Positions 49,401 through 61,400 of a stretch of 64,000 bases of DNA are shown here, one piece after another. A program made the position numbers and the translations under genes. Every line of letters begins with the position of its first letter. Within the stretch, counting starts at the first letter, position 1. The stretch covers positions 435,922,001 through 435,986,000 of the forward strand of contig OZ024740.1 in the NCBI GenBank assembly GCA_964016885.1. Reading direction: 5' to 3'. The stretch comes from Eledone cirrhosa. Its lineage: Eukaryota. The notes beneath the pieces were generated by a model. That model saw only the letters and a list, made by a program, of their open reading frames with translations. It was not told the DNA's origin and did not search any database.

Positions 49401-52400
49401 ATGTGTGTATTACCTGATTGTGTTGTATGTGGCCCTAGATGTGTGTATTACCTGATTGTGTTGTATGTGGTCCTAGATGTGTGTATTACCTGATTATGTG
49501 TTGTATGTGGTCCTAGATGTGTGTATTATCTGATTATGTGTTGTATGTGGTCCTAGATGTGTGTATTACCTGATTGTGTTGTATGTGGCCCTAGATGTGT
49601 GTATTACCTGATTATGTGTTGTATGTGGTCCTAGATGTGTGTAATATCTGATTGTGTTGTATGTGGCCCTAGATGTGTGTATTACCTGATTGTGTTGTAT
49701 GTGGTCCTAGATGTGTGTATTACCTGATTATGTGTTGTATGTGGTCCTAGATGTGTGTATTATCTGATTATGTGTTGTATGTGGTCCTAGATGTGTGTAT
49801 TACCTGATTGTGTTGTATGTGGCCCTAGATGTGTGTATTACCTGATTATGTGTTGTATGTGGTCCTAGATGTGTGTATTACCTGATTATGTGTTGTATGT
49901 GGTCCTAGATGTGTGTATTATCTGATTATGTGTTGTATGTGGTCCTAGATGTGTGTATTACCTGATTATGTGTTGTATGTGGTCCTAGATGTGTGTATTA
50001 TCTGATTGTGTTGTATGTGGTCCTAGATGTGTGTATTATCTGATTATGTGTTGTATGTGGTCCTAGATGTGTGTATTATCTGATTGTGTTGTATGTGGTC
50101 CTAGATGTGTGTATTATCTGATTATGTGTTGCATGTGGTCCTTGATGTGTGTATTACCTGATTATGTGTTGTATGTGGTCCTAGATGTGTGTATTATCTG
50201 ATTGTGTTGTATGTGGTCCTAGATGTGTGTATTACCTGATTATGTGTTGTATGTGGTCCTAGATGTGTGTATTATCTGATTGTGTAGTATGTGGTCCTAG
50301 ATGTGTGTATTATCTGATTGTGTTGTATGTGGTCCTAGATGTGTGTATTACCTGATTGTGTTGTATGTGGTCCTAGATGTGTGTATTACCTGATTATGTG
50401 TTGTATGTGGTCCTAGATGTGTGTATTATCTGATTGTGTTGTATGTGGCCCTAGATGTGTGTATTACCTGATTGTGTTGTATGTGGTCCTAGATGTGTGT
50501 ATTATCTGATTGTGTTGTATGTGGCCCTAGATGTGTGTATTACCTGATTGTGTTGTATGTGGTCCTAGATGTGTGTATTACCTGATTATGTGTTGTATGT
50601 GGTCCTAGATGTGTGTATTATTTGATTGTGTTGTATGTGGCCCTAGATGTGTGTATTACCTGATTGTGTTGTATGTGGTCCTAGATGTGTGTATTACCTG
50701 ATTGTGTTGTATGTGGCCCTAGATGTGTGTATTACCTGATTGTGTTGTATGTGGTCCTAGATGTGTGTATTATCTGATTGTGTTGTATGTGGTCCTAGAT
50801 GTGTGTATTACCTGATTATGTGTTGTATGTGGTCCTAGATGTGTGTATTACCTGATTGTGTTGTATGTGGCCCTAGATGTGTGTATTACCTGATTGTGTT
50901 GTATGTGGCCCTAGATGTGTGTATTACCTGATTGTGTTGTATGTGGTCCTAGATGTGTGTATTACCTGATTATGTGTTGTATGTGGTCCTAGATGTGTGT
51001 ATTACCTGATTATGTGTTGTATGTGGCCCTAGATGTGTGTATTACCTGATTGTGTTCTATGTGGTCCTAGATGTGTGTATTACCTGATTATGTGTTGTAT
51101 GTGGTCCTAGATGTGTGTATTATCTGATTATGTGTTGTATGTGGTCCCAGATGTGTGTATTACCTGATTATGTGTTGTATGTGGTCCTAGATGTGTGTAT
51201 TACCTGATTGTGTTGTATGTGGTCCTAGATGTGTGTATTACCTGATTATGTGTTGTATGTGGTCCTAGATGTGTGTATTATCTGATTGTATTGTATGTGG
51301 TCCTAGATGTGTGTATTACCTGATTGTGTTGTATGTGGTCCTAGATGTGGGTATTACCTGATTATGTGTTGTATGTGGTCCTAGATGTGTGTATTATCTG
51401 ATTATGTGTTGTATGTGGTCCTAGATGTGTGTATTACCTGATTGTGTTGTATGTGGCCCTAGATGTGTGTATTACCTGATTATGTGTTGTATGTGGTCCT
51501 AGATGTGTGTAATATCTGATTGTGTTGTATGTGGCCCTAGATGTGTGTATTACCTGATTGTGTTGTATGTGGTCCTAGATGTGTGTATTACCTGATTATG
51601 TGTTGTATGTGGTCCTAGATGTGTTTATTATCTGATTATGTGTTGTATGTGGTCCTAGATGTGTGTATTACCTGATTGTGTTGTATGTGGCCCTAGATGT
51701 GTGTATTACCTGATTATGTGTTGTATGTGGTCCTAGATGTGTGTATTACCTGATTATGTGTTGTATGTGGTCCTAGATGTGTGTATTATCTGATTATGTG
51801 TTGTATGTGGTCCTAGATGTGTGTATTACCTGATTATGTGTTGTATGTGGTCCTAGATGTGTGTATTATCTGATTGTGTTGTATGTGGTCCTAGATGTGT
51901 GTATTATCTGATTATGTGTTGTATGTGGTCCTAGATGTGTGTATTATCTGATTGTGTTGTATGTGGTCCTAGATGTGTGTATTATCTGATTATGTGTTGT
52001 ATGTGGTCCTTGATGTGTGTATTACCTGATTATGTGTTGTATGTGGTCCTAGATGTGTGTATTATCTGATTGTGTTGTATGTGGTCCTAGATGTGTGTAT
52101 TACCTGATTATGTGTTGTATGTGGTCCTAGATGTGTGTATTATCTGATTGTGTAGTATGTGGTCCTAGATGTGTGTATTATCTGATTGTGTTGTATGTGG
52201 TCCTAGATGTGTGTATTACCTGATTGTGTTGTATGTGGTCCTAGATGTGTGTATTACCTGATTATGTGTTGTATGTGGTCCTAGATGTGTGTATTATCTG
52301 ATTGTGTTGTATGTGGCCCTAGATGTGTGTATTACCTGATTGTGTTGTATGTGGTCCTAGATGTGTGTATTATCTGATTGTGTTGTATGTGGCCCTAGAT

Positions 52401-55400
52401 GTGTGTATTACCTGATCGTGTTGTATGTGGTCCTAGATGTGTGTATTACCTGATTATGTGTTGTATGTGGTCCTAGATGTGTGTATTATTTGATTGTGTT
52501 GTATGTGGCCCTAGATGTGTGTATTACCTGATTGTGTTGTATGTGGTCCTAGATGTGTGTATTACCTGATTGTGTTGTATGTGGTCCTAGATGTGTGTAT
52601 TATCTGATTGTGTTGTATGTGGTCCTAGATGTGTGTATTACCTGATTATGTGTTGTATGTGGTCCTAGATGTGTGTATTACCTGATTGTGTTGTATGTGG
52701 CCCTAGATGTGTGTATTACCTGATTATGTGTTGTATGTGGTCCTAGATGTGTGTATTATCTGATTATGTGTTGTATGTGGTCCTAGATGTGTGTATTACC
52801 TGATTATGTGTTGTATGTGGTCCTAGATGTGTGTATTACCTGATTGTGTTGTATGTGGTCCTAGATGTGTGTATTACCTGATTATGTGTTGTATGTGGCC
52901 CTAGATATGTGTATTACCTGATTATGTGTTGTATGTGGCCCTAGATGTGTGTATTACCTGATTATGTGTTGTATGTGGTCCTAGATGTGTGTATAACCTG
53001 ATTATGTGTTGTATGTGGCCCTAGATGTGTGTATTATCTGATTATGTGTTGTATGTGGTCCTAGATGTGTGTATTACCTGATTATGTGTTGTATGTGGTC
53101 CTAGATGTGTGTATTACCTGATTATGTGTTGTATGTGGCCCTAGATGTGTGTATTATCTGATTATGTGTTGTATGTGGTCCTAGATGTGTGTATTACCTG
53201 ATTATGTGTTGTATGTGGCCCTAGATGTGTGTATTACCTGATTATGTGTTGTATGTGGTCCTAGATGTGTGTATTACCTGATTGTGTTGTATGTGGTCCT
53301 AGATGTGTGTATTACCTGATTATGTGTTGTATGTGGTCCTAGATGTGTGTATTACCTGATTATGTGTTTATGTGGCCCTAGATGTGTGTATTACCTGATT
53401 GTGTTGTATGTGGCCCTAGATGTGTGTATTACCTGATTATGTGTTGTATGTGGTCCTAGATGTGTGTATTACCTGATTGTGTTGTATGTGGTCCTAGATG
53501 TGTGTATTACCTGATTATGTGCTGTATGTGGTCCTAGATGTGTGTATTACCTGATTATGTGTTGTATGTGGCCCTAGATGTGTGTATTACCTGATTGTGT
53601 TGTATGTGGCCCTAGATGTGTGTATTACCTGATTATGTGTTGTATGTGGTCCTAGATGTGTGTATTACCTGATTATGTGTTGTATGTGGTCCTAGATGTG
53701 TGTATTACCTGATTGTGTTGTATGTGGCCCTAGATGTGTGTATTACCTGATTATGTGTTGTATGTGGTCGTAGATGTGTGTATTACCTGATTATGTGTTG
53801 TATGTGGTCCTAGATGTGTGTATTACCTGATTGTGTTGTATGTGGCCCTAGATGTGTGTATTACCTGATTATGTGTTGTATGTGGCCCTAGATGTGTGTA
53901 ATACCTGATTATGTGTTGTATGTGGTCCTAGATGTGTGTATTACCTGATTATGTGTTGTATGTGGTCCTAGATGTGTGTATTATCTGATTATGTGTTGTA
54001 TGTGGTCCTAGATGTGTGTATTATCTGATTATGTGTTGTATGTGGTCCTAGATGTGTGTATTATCTGATTATGTGTTGTATGTGGTCCTAGATGTGTGTA
54101 TTACCTGATTGTGTTGTATGTGGCCCTAGATGTGTGTATTACCTGATTATGTGTTGTATGTGGCTCTAGATGTGTGTATTACCTGATTGTGTTGTATGTG
54201 GTCCTAGATGTGTGTATTACCTGATTATGTGTTGTATGTGGTCCTAGATGTGTGTATTACCTGCTTGTGTGTTGTATGTGGCCCTAGATGTGTGTATTAC
54301 CTGATTGTGTTGTATGTGGCCCTAGATGTGTGTATTACCTGATTATGTGTTGTATGTGGCCCTAGATGTGTGTATTACCTGATTATGTGTTGTATGTGGC
54401 CCTAGATGTGTGTATTACCTGATTATGTGTTGTATGTGGTCCTTGATGTGTGTATTACCTGATTATGTGTTGTGTGTGGTCCTAGATGTGTGTATTACCT
54501 GATTATGTGTTGTATGTGGTCCTAGATGTGTGTATTACCTGATTGTGTTGTATGTGGTCCTAGATGTGTGTATTACCTGATTATGTGTTGTATGTGGTCC
54601 TAGATGTGTGTATTACCTGATTATGTGTTGTATGTGGCCCTAGATGTGTGTATTACCTGATTATGTGTTGTATGTGGTCCTAGATGTGTGTATTACCTGA
54701 TTGAGTTGTATGTGGCCCTAGATGTGTGTATTACCTGATTATGTGTTGTATGTCGTCCTAGATGTGTGTATTACCTGATTATGTGTTGTATGTGGTCCTA
54801 GATGTGTGTATTACCTGATTGTGTTATATGTGGTCCTAGATGTGTGTATTACCTGATTGTGTTGTATGTGGCCCTAGATGTGTGTATTACCTGATTATGT
54901 GTTGTATGTGGTCCTAGATGTGTGTATTACCTGATTGTGTTGTATGTGGTCCTAGATGTGTGTATTACCTGATTATGTGTTGTATGTGGTCCTAGATGTG
55001 TGTATTACCTGATTATGTGTTGTATGTGGTCCTAGATGTGTGTATTACCTGATTGTGTTGTATGTGGCCCTAGATGTGTGTATTACCTGATTGTGTTGTA
55101 TGTGGCCCTAGATGTGTGTATTACCTGATTGTGTTGTATGTGGTCCTAGATGTGTGTATTACCTGATTATGTGTTGTATGTGGTCCTAGATGTGTGTATT
55201 ATCTGATTGTGTTGTATGTGGTCCTAGATGTGTGTATTATCTGATTATGTGTTGTATGTGGTCCTAGATGTGTGTATTACCTGATTATGTGTTGTATGTG
55301 GTCCTAGATGTGTGTATTACCTGATTATGTGTTTATGTGGCCCTAGATGTGTGTATTACCTGATTGTGTTGTATGTGGCCCTAGATGTGTGTATTACCTG

Positions 55401-58400
55401 ATTATGTGTTGTATGTGGTCCTAGATGTGTGTATTACCTGATTGTGTTGTATGTGGTCCTAGATGTGTGTATTACCTGATTATGTGCTGTATGTGGTCCT
55501 AGATGTGTGTATTACCTGATTATGTGTTGTATGTGGCCCTAGATGTGTGTATTACCTGATTGTGTTGTATGTGGCCCTAGATGTGTGTATTACCTGATTA
55601 TGTGTTGTATGTGGTCCTAGATGTGTGTATTACCTGATTATGTGTTGTATGTGGTCCTAGATGTGTGTATTACCTGATTGTGTTGTATGTGGCCCTAGAT
55701 GTGTGTATTACCTGATTATGTGTTGTATGTGGTCGTAGATGTGTGTATTACCTGATTATGTGTTGTATGTGGTCCTAGATGTGTGTATTACCTGATTGTG
55801 TTGTATGTGGCCCTAGATGTGTGTATTACCTGATTATGTGTTGTATGTGGCCCTAGATGTGTGTAATACCTGATTATGTGTTGTATGTGGTCCTAGATGT
55901 GTGTATTACCTGATTATGTGTTGTATGTGGTCCTAGATGTGTGTATTATCTGATTATGTGTTGTATGTGGTCCTAGATGTGTGTATTATCTGATTATGTG
56001 TTGTATGTGGTCCTAGATGTGTGTATTATCTGATTATGTGTTGTATGTGGTCCTAGATGTGTGTATTACCTGATTGTGTTGTATGTGGCCCTAGATGTGT
56101 GTATTACCTGATTATGTGTTGTATGTGGCTCTAGATGTGTGTATTACCTGATTGTGTTGTATGTGGTCCTAGATGTGTGTATTACCTGATTATGTGTTGT
56201 ATGTGGTCCTAGATGTGTGTATTACCTGCTTGTGTGTTGTATCTGGCCCTAGATGTGTGTATTACCTGATTGTGTTGTATGTGGCCCTAGATGTGTGTAT
56301 TACCTGATTATGTGTTGTATGTGGCCCTAGATGTGTGTATTACCTGATTATGTGTTGTATGTGGCCCTAGATGTGTGTATTACCTGATTATGTGTTGTAT
56401 GTGGTCCTTGATGTGTGTATTACCTGATTATGTGTTGTGTGTGGTCCTAGATGTGTGTATTACCTGATTATGTGTTGTATGTGGTCCTAGATGTGTGTAT
56501 TACCTGATTGTGTTGTATGTGGTCCTAGATGTGTGTATTACCTGATTATGTGTTGTATGTGGTCCTAGATGTGTGTATTACCTGATTATGTGTTGTATGT
56601 GGCCCTAGATGTGTGTATTACCTGATTATGTGTTGTATGTGGTCCTAGATGTGTGTATTACCTGATTGAGTTGTATGTGGCCCTAGATGTGTGTATTACC
56701 TGATTATGTGTTGTATGTCGTCCTAGATGTGTGTATTACCTGATTATGTGTTGTATGTGGTCCTAGATGTGTGTATTACCTGATTGTGTTATATGTGGTC
56801 CTAGATGTGTGTATTACCTGATTGTGTTGTATGTGGCCCTAGATGTGTGTATTACCTGATTATGTGTTGTATGTGGTCCTAGATGTGTGTATTACCTGAT
56901 TGTGTTGTATGTGGTCCTAGATGTGTGTATTACCTGATTATGTGTTGTATGTGGTCCTAGATGTGTGTATTACCTGATTATGTGTTGTATGTGGTCCTAG
57001 ATGTGTGTATTACCTGATTGTGTTGTATGTGGCCCTAGATGTGTGTATTACCTGATTGTGTTGTATGTGGCCCTAGATGTGTGTATTACCTGATTGTGTT
57101 GTATGTGGTCCTAGATGTGTGTATTACCTGATTATGTGTTGTATGTGGTCCTAGATGTGTGTATTATCTGATTGTGTTGTATGTGGTCCTAGATGTGTGT
57201 ATTATCTGATTATGTGTTGTATGTGGTCCTAGATGTGTGTATTATCTGATTGTGTTGTATGTGGTCCTAGATGTGTGTATTATCTGATTATGTGTTGTAT
57301 GTGGTCCTAGATGTGTGTATTACCTGATTGTGTTGTATGTGGTCCTAGATGTGTGTATTACCTGATTATGTGTTGTATGTGGTCCTAGATGTGTGTATTA
57401 CCTGATTATGTGTTGTATGTGGCCCTAGATGTGTGTATTACCTGATTGTGTTGTATGTGGCCCTAGATGTGTGTATTACCTGATTATGTGTTGTATGTGG
57501 TCCTAGATGTGTGTATTACCTGATTATGTGCTGTATGTGGTCCTAGATGTGTGTATTACCTGATTATGTGTTGTATGTGGCCCTAGATGTGTGTATTACC
57601 TGATTATGTGTTGTATGTGGCCCTAGATGTGTGTATTACCTGATTATGTGTTGTATGTGGTCCTAGATGTGTGTATTACCTGATTATGTGCTGTATGTGG
57701 TCCTAGATGTGTGTATTACCTGATTATGTGGCCCTAGATGTGTGTATTACCTGATTGTGTTGTATGTGGCCCTAGATGTGTGTATTACCTGATTATGTGT
57801 TGTATGTGGCCCTAGATGTGTGTATTACCTGATTGTGTTGTATGTGGTCCTAGATGTGTGTATTACCTGATTATGTGCTGTATGTGGTCCTAGATGTGTG
57901 TATTACCTGATTGTGTTGTATGTGGTCCTAGATGTGTGTCTTACCTGATTGTGTTGTATGTGGCCCTAGATGTGTGTATTACCTGATTGTGTTGTATGTG
58001 GCCCTAGATGTGTGTATTACCTGATTATGTGTTGTATGTGGCCCTAGATGTGTGTATTACCTGATTGTGTTGTATGTGGCCCTAGATGTGTGTATTACCT
58101 GATTGTGTTGTATGTGGCCCTAGATGTGTGTATTACCTGATTATGTGTTGTATGTGGCCCTAGATGTGTGTATTACCTGATTGTGTTGTATGTGGTCCTA
58201 GATGTGTGTCTTACCTGATTATGTGCTGTATGTGGTCCTAGATGTGTGTATTACCTGATTATGTGTTGTATGTAGCCCTAGATGTGTGTATTACCTGATT
58301 GTGTTGTATGTGGCCCTAGATGTGTGTATTACCTGATTATGTGTTGTATGTGGCCCTAGATGTGTGTATTACCTGATTGTGTTGTATGTGGCCCTAGATG

Positions 58401-61400
58401 TGTGTATTACCTGATTATGTGTTGTGTGTGGCCCTAGATGTGTGTATTACCTGATTGTGTTGTATGTGGCCCTAGATGTGTGTATTACCTGATTATGTGT
58501 TGTATGTGGTCGTAGATGTGTGTATTACCTGATTATGTGTTGTATGTCGTCCTAGATGTGTGTATTACCTGATTGTGTTGTATGTGGCCCTAGATGTGTG
58601 TAATACCTGATTATGTGTTGTATGTGGTCCTAGATGTGTGTATTACCTGATTATGTGTTGTATGTGGTCCTAGATGTGTGTATTATCTGATTATGTGTTG
58701 TATGTGGTCCTAGATGTGTGTATTATCTGATTATGTGTTGTATGTGGTCCTAGATGTGTGTATTATCTGATTATGTGTTGTATGTGGTCCTAGATGTGTG
58801 TATTACCTGATTGTGTTGTATGTGGCCCTAGATGTGTGTATTACCTGATTATGTGTTGTATGTGGCCCTAGATGTGTGTATTACCTGATTGTGTTGTATG
58901 TGGTCCTAGATGTGTGTATTACCTGATTATGTGTTGTATGTGGTCCTAGATGTGTGTATTACCTGATTATGTCTTGTATGTGGCCCTAGATGTGTGTATT
59001 ACCTGATTGTGTTGTATGTGGCCCTAGATGTGTGTATTACCTGATTATGTGTTGTATGTGGCCGTAGATGTGTGTATTACCTGATTATGTGTTGTATGTG
59101 GCCCTAGATGTGTGTATTACCTGATTATGTGTTGTATGTGGTCCTTGATGTGTGTATTACCTGATTATGTGTTTTGTGTGGTCCTAGATGTGTGTATTAC
59201 CTGATTATGTGTTGTATGTGGTCCTAGATGTGTGTATTACCTGATTGTGTTGTATGTGGTCCTAGATGTGTGTATTACCTGATTATGTGTTGTATGTGGT
59301 CCTAGATGTGTGTATTACCTGATTATGTGTTGTATGTGGTCCTAGATGTGTGTATTACCTGATTGTGTTGTATGTGGCCCTAGATGTGTGTATTACCTGA
59401 TTATGTGTTGTATGTCGTCCTAGATGTGTGTATTACCTGATTATGTGTTGTATGTGGTCCTAGATGTGTGTATTACCTGATTGTGTTATATGTGGTCCTA
59501 GATGTGTGTATTACCTGATTGTGTTGTATGTGGCCCTAGATGTGTGTATTACCTGATTATGTATTGTATGTGGTCCTAGATGTGTGTATTACCTGATTGT
59601 GTTGTATGTGGTCCTAGATGTGTGTATTACCTGATTGTGTTGTATGTGGTCCTAGATGTGTCATTTACCTGATTATGTGTTGTATGTGGTCCTAGATGTG
59701 TGTATTACCTGATTATGTGTTGTATGTGGTCCTAGATGTGTGTATTACCTGATTGTGTTGTATGTGGCCCTAGATGTGTGTATTACCTGATTGTGTTGTA
59801 TGTGGCCCTAGATGTGTGTATTACCTGATTGTGTTGTATGTGGTCCTAGATGTGTGTATTACCTGATTATGTGTTGTATGTGGTCCTAGATGTGTGTATT
59901 ACCTGATTATGTGTTGTATGTGGTCCTAGATGTGTGTATTACCTGATTATGTGTTGTATGTGGCCCTAGATGTGTGTATTACCTGATTGTGTTGTATGTG
60001 GCCCTAGATGTGTGTATTACCTGATTATGTGTTGTATGTGGTCCTAGATGTGTGTATTACCTGATTGTGTTGTATGTGGTCCTAGATGTGTGTATTACCT
60101 GATTATGTGTTGTATGTGGTCCTAGATGTGTGTATTATCTGATTGTGTTGTATGTGGTCCTAGATGTGTGTATTACCTGATTATGTGTTGTATGTGGTCC
60201 TAGATGTGTGTATTACCTGATTGTGTTGTATGTGGCCCTAGATGTGTGTATTACCTGATTGTGTTGTATGTGGCCCTAGATGTGTGTATTACCTGATTGT
60301 GTTGTATGTGGTCCTAGATGTGTGTATTACCTGATTATGTGTTGTATGTGGTCCTAGATGTGTGTATTATCTGATTATGTGTTGTATGTGGTCCTAGATG
60401 TGTGTATTACCTGATTGTGTTGTATGTGGCCCTAGATGTGAGTATTACCTGATTATGTGTTGTATGTGGTCCTAGATGTGTGTATTACCTGATTATGTGT
60501 TGTATGTGGTCCTAGATGTGTGTATTATCTGATTATGTGTTGTATGTGGTCCTAGATGTGTGTATTACCTGATTATGTGTTGTATGTGGTCCTAGATGTG
60601 TGTATTATCTGATTCTGTTGTATGTGGTCCTAGATGTGTGTATTATCTGATTATGTGTTGTATGTGGTCCTAGATGTGTGTATTATCTGATTGTGTTGTA
60701 TGTGGTCCTAGATGTGTGTATTATCTGATTATGTGTTGTATGTGGTCCTTGATGTGTGTATTACCTGATTATGTGTTGTATGTGGTCCTAGATGTGTGTA
60801 TTATCTGATTGTGTTGTATGTGGTCCTAGATGTGTGTATTACCTGATTATGTGTTGTATGTGGTCCTAGATGTGTGTATTATCTGATTGTGTAGTATGTG
60901 GTCCTAGATGTGTGTATTATCTGATTGTGTTGTATGTGGTCCTAGATGTGTGTATTATCTGATTCTGTTGTATGTGGTCCTAGATGTGTGTATTACCTGA
61001 TTATGTGTTGTATGTGGTCCTAGATGTGTGTATTATCTGATTGTGTTGTATGTGGCCCTAGATGTGTGTATTACCTGATTGTGTTGTATGTGGTCCTAGA
61101 AGTGTGTATTACCTTATTATGTGTTGTATGTGGTCCTAGATGTGTGTATTACCTGATTGTGTTGTATGTGGCCCTAGATGTGTGTATTACCTGATTATGT
61201 GTTGTATGTGGTCCTAGATGTGTGTATTATCTGATTATGTGTTGTATGTGGTCCTAGATGTGTGTATTACCTGATTATGTGTTGTATGTGGTCCTAGATG
61301 TGTGTATTACCTGATTGTGTTGTATGTGGTCCTAGATGTGTGTATTACCTGATTATGTGTTGTATGTGGCCCTAGATGTGTGTATTACCTGATTATGTGT

